A stretch of DNA of 64,000 nt, taken from contig NC_042998.1 in the NCBI RefSeq assembly GCF_006345805.1, positions 163,184,001 to 163,248,000 of the forward strand, in the 5' to 3' direction. A model generated the notes under the pieces. The model saw only the letters and a list, made by a program, of their open reading frames with translations. It made no database searches and was not told the origin of the DNA. Positions 40,286 through 54,249 of the stretch are shown here, one piece after another (the first letter of the stretch is position 1; each line of letters starts with the position of its first letter). This DNA comes from Octopus sinensis. Taxonomy: Eukaryota. A program made the position numbers and the translations under genes.

Positions 40286-41622
40286 TACAAGGTAGTATCA
40301 AGAATTTCCTAGACTAGTTCTGTAGCGCACCAACAAATGGCAGCACACAGTTGTGTGTGCAATGAGAGCTAGCAGTGACCTTCATGAGGATGTGTGCCAA
40401 GTGACTTATTTTACAAGTTGTGAAATTTGTGTTTTTGTGAACATGTATATTCTATAATCTGTGATTTTGTCATGGTCAAGAACAAAGAACCAACATGAAA
40501 TTTTTGCATTAAACTTGGAATGTCTGCTACAGAGATATTGAGCATGCTTCAGTAAGCTTACAGCGATGAGACAATGGGCCATATGCAATGCTTCAAGTGA
40601 CGCTGTTGCTTCAAAAGCAGAAGACCGTCCCTGGATAATTGATGAGCGATCTGGAAGACTTGCCACAAGCGTCACCCCAGAAATGTGGAGAAAACTCACT
40701 AGCCTGCACATGAAGATCAGCAGAGGACAATCATCGACACTGCTGATGTTGCTGGTCTGTTGTATGGGTCCGTGCAGGTAATCCTAATGTCTGAATTGAA
40801 CATGCAGTATCTTTCTGTCAAGTTTGTCACCCATCTACTGACCACTGAGCAGAAAGAACATTGTGTCAAGATCTGTCAAGCTTTCTATCAGCATGCCACT
40901 GATGACCCATCCTTCATGTCAAAGATCATCACCAGTTGAGTCTCTGGGTATAACTCTGAGATGAGGCAGCAGTTATCACAATAGAAGAAGCCTTCATTTC
41001 CATGACTGAAAAAAGCATAGCAAAGCCACAGCTCAATCATGAGCAGGCTCATCATATTATTTTACATCCGCAGTATTGTGCATGAAAATGTGTCTCCCAG
41101 AGCCAGACCATCAATCAAGAGTTCTACTGTGATGTTTTGAAGAGTTTGAGGGAGGACATTCATCAAAAGTGACCGGATCTGTGGAGCATTAAGGATTGGG
41201 TCCTTCAAGACAAGGATGCACTCTGTCACTAAGCTTTCCTCACTCGTGAGTTTTTCAGGAAAAACAACATGGTATCACTTCCACAGCCACCTTATTCACC
41301 AGATTTAGCACCTGCGAACTTCCATCTCTTCCCCTGGATGAAAATGCAGTCCAAAGGTTGCTATTCTAATATCATTATCAAGATCAAGAGAGAATCACTA
41401 AAGGTCCTCGACTCACTTTCTGAAAACGACTTCCAAAGGTAACAGGAACACTGGGTGTTCCAAAGGTAGCAGGAACACTGGGTGTTCCAAAGGTAGCAGT
41501 AACACTGGGACTGGTGTACTGGAACACAAGATGACTATTTCAAAAGAGATGATATTAAAACCTAGGTAAATGAGTTTTATTTTTATTAGACATAACTAGT
41601 CCAGAAACTTTTTGATGTCACA
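40286..41622 (+). mobile_element. Full-length, inactivated mariner (Tc1/mariner) DNA transposon
   Basis: Frameshifted transposase motifs: DERSGRLATSVTPE, KFVTHLLTTEQKEHCV (WVPHEL region), IITS-ESL (first D region), PPYSPDLAPANFHLF at about 41287-41330. Degenerate TIRs ATCAAGAATTTCCTAGACTAGTT / AACTAGTCCAGAAACTTTTTGAT. About 1.3 kb. Confidence 0.9.
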
Positions 41623-43889
41623 TATGCACACACATATATACACATAGATATGATACATATGCGATAAGGTGACAAGTATGTGATATATATTACATATCAT
41701 ATATACATATGTACGTATTTATAAATGTATATGCAAGTACCTATGTATGTATCTGCGTTAATATTTCTGAGACAGATGAGTGTATATGTGAGAGAGAGAG
41801 AGAGAGATAAGAAGTTAGAGAGAGAAAGAGAGAGAGAGAGAGAGTGTGTGTGTAAATGCAGAACTAAATGAAAATACTGTTCCAAGAATCGTTAACCTTC
41901 TGCAATAGTAAAAAAAGAATTGTAATGGTAAGCTGCAATGCAGAAAAATAAATCAGGTGTTTTAACAATAAAGGCAATAATTTGACGAACTTTCTAGAAA
42001 GAAAGAAGTTAGAAACAGCTGCCACCTGAGACACTTTTCCTTAAAGTTTTTAACTAAGTAAGAATTTAAATTCTAGAAGTGAAAGAAAGAAAGTAAGAAA
42101 GAAAGTGAAAGAAAGAAAGTGGGATATAATAACACATCCACGGAGTCTTTCTGCTCATTGGAATGCTATAATGTTCATTGCAAGAAAGAAATGTGCAGTG
42201 TTGAATGATTAAGTTCAACAACAACAACAATTACATAAACGACAATGGCAAAAACAATAAATCCTTTTTTTACGAAAGAAAATAATGGTTAATGTATTGA
42301 GAGAAGAGGAAAGGGCAAAGAAGAAGAGGGAAAGATGAAGAGGGAAGAGGGAAGTTGTCTTTCAGTGCTTGTTTTAAATAGACTCCAACTACGTTTTCGC
42401 TTGTCTTCATAGGAGGAGGTAGGTAGGTACAGTAGGCTGGTATTAATCAATGGGGCATTTGTGCATCCTTTCTTTCCATTTACTATATAATATGATTCGT
42501 GTGTATGTGTATGTGTATATATATATAGATATATATATATATCAAAGCAAATGGGCTGAGGTTCACTACAGCTGTTTCAGACATGCTTTTTATTGCTGAT
42601 CAAATTCATATATATGCTACTAAGTACGTGAGTGTCCATATACATTGTTGATATATGAGTACACTTTTCTTGAGTCTACCTTCATGTCCCTATTATTAAA
42701 ATACCTCAATACTATTGGATGATGCAAATTATATATACACACACATGCACACTCACACATACATACATACACGCATATATATATACATACATACATACAT
42801 ACATACATACATACATACATGTACATATATACATATATATATATATGCTGCATGCAGATTGGTCAAAATCATATTCCAAAAATCCAGCTTAGTGGAGCTT
42901 TCTAAGAGGTATAAAAAGGAAGAAGTCAGTCATTTTACTACAGTTGTCAAGAACTCAACTGTCAGTTAAATATAGTTTGAAATCTGTTGATTACTACGAA
43001 CATATGAAAGCACTAACTGAACTTTATGAACATTACAAAATGTTTTAAAATGTTTAACACACTTCAACATTGTAAGAAAAATTTTTTTAAATATTATAAT
43101 AAGAAACATGAAAACCAGACTATGTTTTAACTTTTTTCAAATGATGTGTGTGTGTGTGTGTGTCTGTGTGTGTGTGTGTGTGTATAAATGTATGTTTGCA
43201 CACACAGCAAAAAGGTTGATAATGTAAAAAAAAAGGCATTGGAGGGCGCACAGATAAATTTTTTCAAAAATTATAGTGTAGCTTACAGTGCATTGCTTAC
43301 CCATGCTTTTTACTTGAACTGAATTAAGCTTTGTAAGTGTTTGATTAAAAGAAGATTAGAAGCCTAAGTAGATAGCAGCTAAAAGTAGACTTGATCGATG
43401 TCTATGTCAAATGCATATGAGTAAAATTTGCATATGACAAAATAGATGATTATTCAAATAATAATTTGCATATGACTAAGTTAATTATTATTCAAATAAT
43501 AATCATGATTATGAAAAAGAAAGTGAACAAAATGAAATACTTAAAGAAAATATTGCATAGAATTTAAGAAGTGTTTTCAATGTCCTTCAATGATGGCAGG
43601 TGAATCAAAAATACTGTAGTTTATTGTAGAGTATAAATAATGTGATCATTTACTTATCAGGAAATTTGTAAGTTTGATTTGATTTGATTTGATTTTTTTT
43701 TTAAGTATCACCATTATAGCTATTTATACTCTGGTGAAATTAAGAAATCAACTCATAAATAAACAAAACCCTTGAATCCATCACTGTAGACACACACACA
43801 CACAAAATTACATCTCTATGTATGCATTTATGCATGTATGTATGTATGTATGTACCCACATAGTCTATGTGCATAGTTGCACCATGATC

Positions 43890-44611
43890 TATACACACAT
43901 AGACGAGGGTCTAATCAAATGAGATATATACTGGAACTTGTGGAAGAGGTAGACTCAGGAAGACATGGGATGAAGTGGTGAAGTATGACCTTCAAACTTC
44001 GGGCCTCACAGTGGCAATGGCAAGAGACCGAGACCTTTGGAGATATGCTGTGATTGAGAAGACCTAGCAATTAAAGTGAGATTGCAGCCATAGCCGATGC
44101 CAGTGTTGCATTATTGGCCTATTTAAAAGTACCCTTGAAGCACTGGGTGATATGTGTTTGCGAAGATCTGTTGAGTCAAGTGAAATCAAGATCGTAGTCA
44201 TGACCAATGCCGCCTGACTGGCACCTGTGCTGGTGGCATGTAATAAGCACTATTCAAGTGTGGATCAGTGCTAGCACCACCTGAGTGGCTCCCTATACTG
44301 GTGGCACAAAAAAAGTACCATGTGAACATGGTCGACGCCAGTGCCCCCTGACTGGCTCCTGTACTGGTGGCCTATAAAAAGCACCATCTGAATATGGTCA
44401 ATGCTAGTGCCCCCTGACTAGCTCCCATGCCAATAGCATGTCAAAAACACACAATACACTATCAGAGTAGTTGACGTTAGGAAAGGCATCCAGCTGTAGA
44501 AACCTTGCCAGATCAGATTGGAGCCTGGTGCAGCTTATTGGCTTACTAGTCCTCAGATAAACCATCAAACCCACACCAGCATGGCAAGTGGACATTAAAC
44601 AATGATGACAA

Positions 44612-44612
<1 letters not shown>
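43890..44612 (+). mobile_element. RTE-clade LINE 3' end (RT C-terminus, repeated 3' UTR, (ATG)n tail)
   Basis: Translates to GRGRLRKTWDEVVKYDLQTSGLTVAMARDRDLWRYAVIEKT*. Followed by about 60-bp tandem UTR units and an ATGATGACAATG tail. Confidence 0.85.
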
Positions 44613-44657
<45 letters not shown>

Positions 44658-45559
44658 GTTGTGTACTATTCCGTGATGGTAAGATCAACAAAAAAGGTAT
44701 TCCATCTGGTGAGAGACAAATAGCATTTAATACACATATGTACTAGTAATAGATTCTTGTGCTGAGAACATACCAAAATGATGCATATCCCGTGTGCACA
44801 TAAATTCTTTCACAAAAAAATCTGCTGTTAAAACATTTTGATTCACCCATCCACTAGTTTTGAAGATCATCAAACCAACTTTTCATCATCTTGAGCCACT
44901 TACCTAATGAGTATTTCTGCTATATTTGGTGAAAATCCATTCAGCCATTTTCCAGTAATTTTGCAAACACACAGGCTAACAGACAAAGATGAGTGACCAC
45001 GGTGCCCAGCTTTCACTGGGTACCAGTTGAACACTTGGGTCAATGTAACTAACTTACCTACTTCCCTGAAATTGCTGGCCTTGTGCCAAAATTTGAAATC
45101 ATTATCATTGTCCTTAAAGCAGCCAACTGGTAGAATTGTTACAACATCAGGCAAAATGCTTTGTTGTATTTCTTACAACGCTTTATGTTCTGAGTTCAAA
45201 TCCTGCTGAGCTCATTTTTGCTTTTAATCCCTTCAAAGTCATGAAGTGTGATTGTGATGGTGGTGATGGTAGAACTGGTAGCAAATTTTTATGGTTTCTA
45301 GGTTTTGGTCGTGGTGGTAGTGTTGTTCTTGGTATCATGTTCTTGATATCCTGCTGTCAAGCTCAAATACATTTATCATTCAAATAAAAAGAAATATTAT
45401 TTTAAGATAATCATGAAGAAATTTAGTTGTTTTAATTCTGTTTTGGCTCCAGCATCTAAAGAATTGTTCTCAAAACAAATGATGCTGGTTGTCTTCACCT
45501 CATCTGCCCATCTTCCCCTTATTGTCTACATACATCACAAAACAAATGATGATGCATTT

Positions 45560-46010
45560 GCAGCTACCACCACTACCACTGTCACAACCACAATTACCAT
45601 AACCACCATTATCATCACCGACACTACTACCATCATCACCACCACTACCACAGTCACCATCACTGCTATCATCATCACCACTTCCACCACCACAACCACG
45701 ATATCCATCACCAACACAATCATCATCATTACCACCTCCATCACCACCACAATCATTACCACCAATACTACCATCATCACCTCCACTATCACCACCTTCA
45801 CCACTATCACCACCACAGCCACCACTTCCAACACCAACAAGACCACTACCACCACCATCACCACAACCCCAAATACCACTATTATCACCACCACCACTAC
45901 CACCACCACAACCAACACAACCCCTACTTCAAACAGCAGCAAGACCACTACCACTACTACAACAACCACCATTACAACCACCCCCACCACCACCACCAGC
46001 ATCCACACAT
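45560..46010. repeat. Degenerate (ACC/ATC)n tract
   Basis: Direct inspection. Confidence 0.95.
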
Positions 46011-46365
46011 CACATGCAAAAGCCATAAAGATGGGTGGGGTAAAGTTAATAAAACAATTGCTGACATCAGTGCCATGTAAACAGTCTTTTACCCTCAACA
46101 ATAGTCATAGAACAACATCGCACCCAACGTTTTTTGTTTAATGTTTTAAGATTACAATGATTTCTTAGTTTATGGTGTCACATACAAGTATGTGTTATGT
46201 GTCTACAATGTCGTCACATAACATATGCTAGCAGTTCCCAGCATTTTCTCACACTAAGGACTGCTTTCATGCAAGGCAATTTTTCCATGGAGCAGGAATC
46301 ATGCACATAGCAAAATGCAATAAAGTGCATAATATATAATTTAATTATCATTTATATAATACCTG

Positions 46366-46605
46366 TGGAGACTCGTGGCTTAGTGGTTAGGGTGTTGGAC
46401 TCATGATTGTAAGAGTGTGGTTTCGATTCCTGAACTGGGCGATGCGTTGTGTTCTTGAGTAAAACACTTCTTTTCACGTTGCTCCAGTCCACTCAGCTGG
46501 CAAAAATTAGTAATCCTGCGAAGGATCAGCATCCCATCCAGCTGGGGAATTTATTCACCACTGAAACCGGGAAACCCTTATGAGCCTGGCATGGAAGGAA
46601 ACACT
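46366..46605 (+). mobile_element. tRNA-derived SINE, third family
   Basis: GTGGCTTAGTGGTTAGGGTG A-box, GGTTTCGATTCC B-box, same central domain as 7705. Confidence 0.75.
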
Positions 46606-46677
46606 ACACTTCACTATATAATACATATAAATTTCATTTGTAATTCATGTGTGTGTGTGTGTGTATACACGTATACA

Positions 46678-46870
46678 GTCATGGCTGTGTGGTAAGAAGA
46701 TTCCTTCTGAGCCATATGGTTCCAGGTTTGGGTCCTACTGCATAGCACCTTGGGCAAGTTTCTTCTACTATAGCTTTGGGTTTACCAAAGCCTTGTGAAT
46801 CTATTTGGCGAGGAGAAACTGAAAAGAAGCCTGTCATATGTCTGTGTTTGTCCCCACCACCCATTGCTTG
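46678..46870 (+). mobile_element. SINE family A, 5' half
   Basis: GGCTGTGTGGTAAG...GGTTCCAGGTTTGGGTCC. Confidence 0.75.
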
Positions 46871-47092
46871 ATATGTATATATATATACATGTGTGTGTGT
46901 ATGTGTGGTCCTGGTAGGGTATAAAGGTAGAGTATTTCCAGAGAAGTACTCAACCTGAGCTCTAGGCTATCAATATTGTTGAATTCCAGACTAATACCGA
47001 AATTCTTCAAATTTGAAAATTTCACAATTGTAAAACTGTTGTATAGGGAAACACACACACACACACACACATACACAGACAGACAGACAGAC

Positions 47093-47165
<73 letters not shown>

Positions 47166-48577
47166 CATATATATATTATATATATTACATATTTAATGCT
47201 AATAACCCTCAAACTACAATAGACAATAAAATAAATTTTAAAATTTATTCATTCAATGCACTTTGGTACCAAATGATCCATAGCTTGGTACTGGTGTGTA
47301 GCTCAGTGGCTACAAACCCCTACTGAAAGATAATTCCCATCTAACATAGTTATTGCATGCTATTTTCAGGTGTTGCCTATTACAGTGTGGTGAAATGTAT
47401 TTCACAAATCTGACAATAATGTCATTTGTAAATTGAGATGACACATTAAATCAAGGTAAATAACAAGGAAGGGGAGATACACTTGCTTTTGTGAGTCTCA
47501 CCTTACTCTTTTGCTAAGTTTTGAGAATACAAGGATTTCAAAGATGATGATCATGATAGGGATGCGGAGGAAAAGGGGGCAGGGGAAGGATGTCAAGGAA
47601 TATGATTGTGGTAATGAAGATGATCATGAAGATGGCAGTGAGGGTGGTGAAGATGGTGGTGTGTGTGTGGGGAGTCACGAGGATGATGTTGTTGGTGGTG
47701 GTTTTGGCAGCAGCAGCAGTTGCCTACGACAGTGTACAAGAATATATATTTATGTGTGTGAGTCATATAGCTCTATAGATCATATCATACCACTTTTGGG
47801 GGAGACAGTTGACACACTACTTTCTTTACATTCCAGTTGTACCAAATATAATTCACAGTAACATCCAATTTTATATTAGATTCCGTTAAATCATGTAATG
47901 TGTAGCTTTACTTATGCAATAATTAATATTAATATAAATTTGTATATAACATAATATGCTAATGACATTTCTGGGTAATTAATATCAGTGATATATTCAA
48001 AGAAATATTCTCTTTTTTACTAACAATATCACATAGCTACTTAGTAATTCATTACTTCAACAAGTACTATGGAAGCTATGCTTTACTAAAAAGGTTTAAT
48101 AAAACCAAAACATAATCAGATTTGTCTCCCAAATGTGTTGAAATAATGGTTTGCAAATTTTAGCACAGGACACAAATTTTGGCACCACTTGACAGAATGC
48201 ACTGGATTTAAGTGGTACCAGCACCAACACCAAAGATTTTTACATGACACCTTGCTTTTAGGATCTCAATTCTGTTGTGGTGGACAGGTCTTCTCAAGTA
48301 CAAAATTGTGCCATGTTTCTCAATCCTCTGTCATCTTCTTTGATTGTAAGTTAAAAAACTGTTTGAGAGGTTTTGTACATTAATTCTGATCTTGAGTAAG
48401 TCAAATGTGTTGTTTCTTCAGTTGTTCTTATCTGCATACTTGGTCTCAAGGATTTAATTCCAGTATTCTTAGAGAAGTGCTAAATCTTAGACTCTAGTAC
48501 AGATTTGATTAATTAATTAAAATTCATTAATTCCTTTACTTAAAGATATATGATACGATTTTCTTCACATAAGCAAA

Positions 48578-48862
48578 GATATGGCTGCATGGTAAGAAGT
48601 TCGCTTCCCAACCCAACCACATGGTTCTGGATTCAGTCCCACTGCATGGCACCTTAGGCAAGTGTCTTCTACTATAGCCCCAGGCTGACCAAAACCTTGT
48701 GAGTGAATTTGGTAAATAGAAACTGAGAGAAGCCTATCATGTGTGTGTATGTGTCTTTGTGTTTGCCCCCCCCCACCACCACCACTGCTTGATAACTGGT
48801 GTTTTTTTGCATCCCCATAACTTAGCAGTTTAGCAAAAGAGACCAACAGAATAAGTACCAAC
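48578..48862 (+). mobile_element. SINE family A
   Basis: Head and body homologous to family A. Confidence 0.8.
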
Positions 48863-49814
48863 CTATTAGATCAACTTCAGATGACAGTTTGATATATATA
48901 TTTCTTCATTTGTAACGTATAAAGCATTACGCATCCAAGCCACAGTTTTCCTCAGTCAGCTTTTTATTCAACTACACACATCAGCAGGCTGATAACAAGT
49001 AACTGATAATTCACTCCAGTTTAATAATCCCTGAATCTTTGGTTCACTTATGTTTCTGTAACTCAGCCTTTCAGCAAAATATAAGTACTAGACTTTAAAA
49101 ATATATACTGGAATTGATTTCTTTGACTAAACCCTTAAAGGCCATGCCCCTGAGTAAATAAGTAAAAGGTAAAAGATTTCTTCATTGTTAGTTTTTGAAA
49201 CACATTTTAACATCAATGATATGTAGTGTAGATAAGACAGTATAAAATTTCGCAGCCGCTATTAACTATTTGGGACCTCTGAAATATTTCTTTACATCAG
49301 CTATGGTTAGTGCTTCATTGAAGAACTCTGTGACCTTGTAAAATGTTTTTTTTTTTCGTTCCTTCTCAAGCCATGGAGCTTAGGTGTTTCACTCATTAAC
49401 ACACACATCGCCTGGTCGGAGATTCAAATCTGTGATCCTTCGACTGTGAGTCCACTGCTCTAACTACTAGGCCATGTGCCTCCACTCTTGTAAAGTGTGA
49501 CTCTATGGAAAGTAAGGTGCTGAGCTTCAGCTTCTTGTTGATGCTTATGCAATCATATTTAGCACTGTTCAGTGAGAGGTTGGATGATATAGATGTGGGT
49601 TGGGATGCTATTAGGTTTCTCTAATGGTCTATGTAATTTTGAATTTAGTGTTGTATTAAAGAAGTTTGCCATGGTTAGTTTGATATTCTGATGGCATCAG
49701 CTGTAGACACACCCATCAAAAGTGCTTGTATATAAAGATCTTATAACTATTGTAGATAGTTTTGACACATGAAATACCTTTAAATGTTGGTGCATACAGC
49801 TCATGAATTTCTAC

Positions 49815-50035
49815 AAATCCAAAGGCAAATTTAATTATACATCACTGTCCCAATACATCTGGAGACTCAAAGGAAGCAAAGCCTTAAATAAATGGGAAGC
49901 AAGATAAAATTTGTGAACTACAACAAAATGCCACATCCTAATGGCAGCATACAAGAGTGTAAACAGAAGAGATATGACTGTTTCTACATGCTCCTTAAAG
50001 GAACAACATTTCTTCATGTAATTTGAAACCAGATA
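49815..50035 (+). mobile_element. Penelope-like element GIY-YIG endonuclease C-terminal fragment (dead)
   Basis: YTSLSQYIWRLK and KCHILMAAYKSVNRRDMTVSTC, resembling TELSKYIWxLK...EKxxIL...LNKRSELxSxC. Confidence 0.6.
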
Positions 50036-50578
50036 GGCTGACTTATCAAAAATTAAACCAGTTCACCTAAGGATAAAATGAAAAAAAAGCTATCAGAATA
50101 GTTTCCCCTTCAAGCAAAGATAAACACAAATTGGAAGTCAATGAAAATGATAATAATGAAGCTAATGACAATAATAATAATAATAGTCACAACTGTGTAT
50201 CTAACTTTAAGTGTACATTTCATTTAACGTGTGTAGATGTATCTACTAATACATTTGAGCATTAATGTGTATGCATTCACTTGCATATATCTATATTTAC
50301 AATGCAGTATGCATTTGCATGCATGCCCATGTGCATTTAAGCAGAAATATGGGTGCATTTGTGATGTGGTATGCACTTACATGCATGTACTTGTGCATTT
50401 GAGCATTAACATGTATACATGCATTTTCATCTGTGCATCTGCATTCATGATGTAGTATGTTGTTAAAGGATGATTAATGACATGTGGTACAAACATATAC
50501 ATGTGTGCTCTCCATTACTGTTTTTCAAGTACATATGCTCACGATTACTGACTTACAGACAGGAATTATATATATCTT

Positions 50579-50614
<36 letters not shown>

Positions 50615-50686
50615 CATACAAACATACACATATATATACTCATACACACACATATACATACATGTATGTATACACACACATGCATT

Positions 50687-50721
<35 letters not shown>

Positions 50722-50895
50722 GTATGTATGTATGTATGTATATATAAACATACAATCATGGTATGCACTTCAGCATACTCAAATTAATAAGAAAACACCC
50801 TTTGGAGACTGTATTTTTGTGTGTATGTATATATATGTATATATATATGTATATATACATATATTTATACATACATACATACATACATACATACA

Positions 50896-50928
<33 letters not shown>

Positions 50929-51283
50929 GCACTGCACCCAAATGTATAGAGAAAGAGAAAGAGAGAGTGTTTTTTCGCCATGTGTAATTAAAATTGATGT
51001 AATGGAGAAACTCTGAGTAGCAATGAACTGAATGATCATCCAAACGTGTAGACTCTACTGCATGTAATGAGTGCTTGTTCTTCCATTTATTGCACCAAAC
51101 ATGGACAAACATGCATACACATAAACACATAAAACACACACACATACATATACACACACATACATATACATACACATACATGTATTTTCTAAGATAGAGA
51201 GGACAAAGTTTATGAAATCCTATTATATATGTGTATACATGCACACATTCACATAAATCTATACTGACTTACACATAAACATA

Positions 51284-52062
51284 TCTTTTATCTTTTATTT
51301 GTTTCAGTCTTGAAGGGCTTTAGTTGAACAAATCCCTGCCAGTTCTTATTTATTGTTTTTTTCTAAACCTGGATTTTATTCTATCAGTCTTTTTTAGCTG
51401 AACCACTAAGTAGCAGCAACATAAACAAACCAACACCAGCTGTCAAGCAGCAGTGGTAGACAAACACAAAGACATACATGCATTGATAGGCGTAGGAGTG
51501 GCTGTGTAGTAAGTAGCTTGCTCACCAACCACATGGTTCCAGGTTCAGTCCAACTGCATGGCACCTTGGGCAAGTTTCTTCTACTATAGCCTCGGGCCGA
51601 CCAAAGCCTTGTGAGTGGATTTGGTAGACGGAAACTGAAAGAAGCTCATCCTATATATGTATATGTGTGTGTGTGTTTGTGTGTCTGTGTTTATCCCCCC
51701 AACATCACTTGATAACCAATGCTGTATGCTTACATCCCCATAACTTAGCGGTTCAGCAAAAGAGACCGATAGAATAAGTAGTAGGCTTACAAAGAATAAA
51801 TCCTGGGGTCGATTTGCTCGACTAAAGGCGGTGCTCCAGCATGGCTACAGTGAAATGACTGAAACAAGTTAAAGAGTATTTATATATGTGTGTGTGTGAG
51901 TGTGATGGTCTTCTTTCACTGTCTGTTTACCAAATCCACTCACAAGGCTTTGGTTGGCCTGGAGCTGTAGTAGAAATCACTTGCACAAAGTTCCATGTAG
52001 TGGGACTGAATCCAGAACCACGTGATCGGGAAACAAACTTCCTACCACTCAGCCATGCATAT
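51284..52062 (-). mobile_element. Older SINE family A copy split by a nested insertion
   Basis: Tail half 51284-51480 and head half 51885-52062 in the same orientation flank an opposite-orientation copy. Confidence 0.75.
51489..51877 (+). mobile_element. SINE family A, full length, nested
   Basis: GGCGTAGGAGTGGCTGTGTAGTAAG...GACTGAAACAAGTTAAAGAG. Confidence 0.9.
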
Positions 52063-52517
52063 GCATACAACTTATGTAATTATGATAAAATATGAGCAGT
52101 AGATGCATGCATATGTTTACGCAATGTTAACCACACACTCACACAAACACACATGCACAAGTGTGCACACATATATATATACACATGTATTTCCAAATGC
52201 TTCTATTGTTTATCAGTAATATTATACAAATAACTCATACGCACACACACATGTACACTCACATAAACTAACATATATAGACACAGCAGTTTCACATATG
52301 TGTGCACACATTTATATAACCTTACACATGTGTATGTGTGTGCGTGTGTGTGTGTATACATTCCTCTACAAACATATAGACATGCTCATACAAGAGCTAA
52401 TATCATATACACAACCTCCTATATATGGATATATATATATATACACACATATATAAACACACACATCCATTCTTAGAAATACTTTTATTTGCCATTGTAG
52501 TAACTAACTCCACTTAC

Positions 52518-52611
52518 CAATAATGGCTGTAACCCACAAGTCATATGTTGCATGTAGTGAGATACACAGATTCATTGCAACTTTTATCCAGAAGCATGCA
52601 GTAAATTCCAT
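52518..52611 (-). CDS. Putative first coding exon of an unidentified secreted or membrane protein; signal-peptide-like MEFTACFWIKVAMNLCISLHATYDLWVTAII, phase-1 intron follows
   Basis: Minus strand: ATG at 52611 with an in-frame TAA just upstream. 94 nt open to a consensus donor TTG|GTAAGTGG (intron starts 52517). Peptide is hydrophobic and ends VTA-II. Upstream acceptor CCTCTCTGCTTTACAG|GTG at 52769/52768. Region is non-repetitive and retains CpGs. No family recognised. Confidence 0.5.
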
Positions 52612-53130
52612 GTTACCGAAATCTTAATCCATTCTAGTTTTCATTTCTTGTTGTTCGGAAATGTTGCAGCAGTGAAGATGTCATCTGCTTGCAGGAATCT
52701 CATCTATTGCACCCCAAACATAATAGTTATTTGGAAAGGTACACTTGAATTCTTATTAACTGCAGCACCTGTAAAGCAGAGAGGTGGTAATAGTTAACGC
52801 CAGAAGCCATAATTTTGGCCTTCGAATGAAAGGCAATAGATTTCGTTATGTGGAAGACAAATGGCTCAGCACTGAAGGACTGTCTCCGACAAATCCAAAG
52901 CATGCATGCGTTACAAGAGATTCAGTGCAATTTTCTCTGACAAGGAAATAAATAGTGAGACTGAGGACAAATCTGTACTTAACCACATTACAAAAGAGAG
53001 GATAAATTGGAATTTATCTCTGAAGCATCGGAGGCTAAGAGAGAAATATGGTGATTTCACTTCACTTTATTGAGTCGATATAGCTTTGAGATCAATGTAT
53101 AACAGCAGTGTTATTAAACGTCTCTAAATA
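52612..53130 (-). promoter_or_regulatory. Putative 5' UTR/promoter of the minus-strand gene
   Basis: High-complexity, TE-free block with about 10 CpGs, versus strong CpG depletion in the flanks. Dyad GATAAATT-GG-AATTTATC at 53001-53018. Confidence 0.35.
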
Positions 53131-53336
53131 ATTCAGTCTAAATGTTATTTCCTTTATATAATCCAATGCATTTGTATAAGTAATCTTTTCTGTTAGATCC
53201 AACATGTATGCATGTGATAGCGTATGTATATATGTGTGTGTGTGTGTATGTATATTTATATATATAAATATATATATATACTTATATGTGTGTATGCATA
53301 CATATATATATATATATTTATATATGTGTGTGTATA

Positions 53337-53377
<41 letters not shown>

Positions 53378-54086
53378 GCATACAAAACAGTAATGGTTAT
53401 TTATAAGTTTCGCCATCAAACAGTCATAGGAGTTGCATAGCAAAACTTAAAAGTAGCTGTCACTTTTTATAATAAACTATATATATATGTGTGTGTGTGT
53501 GTATGTGTGTGTGTGTGTATTGATGTGTGTATGTTTGCATGTGTGTACTCAACTGTCTGTATTGAGTTCTATATAACGTGCTGTTTTACCAATTCATAAC
53601 CTAGAATGTACATGTTAAACACCCACATTACTAAGTATATATGCGTGTATGCATGTTTGGAGAAGTGAGGAGATTATCAAATGGAAGTATGTAGTGTTCA
53701 ATACATTTGGCTGCAGTTACATTTATTTAATAACTGTTTGACTCGGTTCTACAGTACTTAAAGTTTCACTATCAAATGTTTGGTGACAAATTGAAGAGAA
53801 TTTCTTTTTTAATTACTGGCTTCAAGATGAGATTATTTAGACTTCTATTAGTCAAATCAGGTCACATTGTTGGTTTTGTTATGAAAGTGACATGGTGGCA
53901 CAGGGAAGTTGCTGTAATGACTTTGATTGAATTCTCCAGATGTTATATTTCAGTGGTATCACCTCTTCAAATTGAATACAACATGTGGTGTAGCAGACAG
54001 TATGAGGGTGTCAGTTCTTCATCATTCTGTAGGGTGTAGTATTTCAGTACTAACATTGATTGCCTGAGGAGGTAATCATTTTTTTA

Positions 54087-54235
54087 TTTGTTTATTGCCC
54101 ACAAGGGGCTAAACATAGAGGGAACAAACAAGACCGGACAAAGAGATTAAATCAATTACATCGACCCCAGTACATAACTGTTACTTAATTTATTGACCCT
54201 GAAAGGATGAAAGGCAAAGTCGACCTCAGCAGAAG
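54087..54235 (-). mobile_element. SINE family B, 3' part
   Basis: TTATTGCCCACAAGGGGCTAAACATAGAG...GAAAGGATGAAAGGCAAAGTCGACCTC. Confidence 0.8.
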
Positions 54236-54249
54236 GAGGTAATCATTTT

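Noticed and set aside
44902-44975. Minus-strand AG...GTAAGT exon-like segment
   Set aside because: Lies within a HINE-like repeat fragment.
45413-46141. 242-aa Thr-rich mucin-like ORF
   Set aside because: It is a degenerate (ACC/ATC)n microsatellite, also open on the opposite strand, with no splice or signal support.
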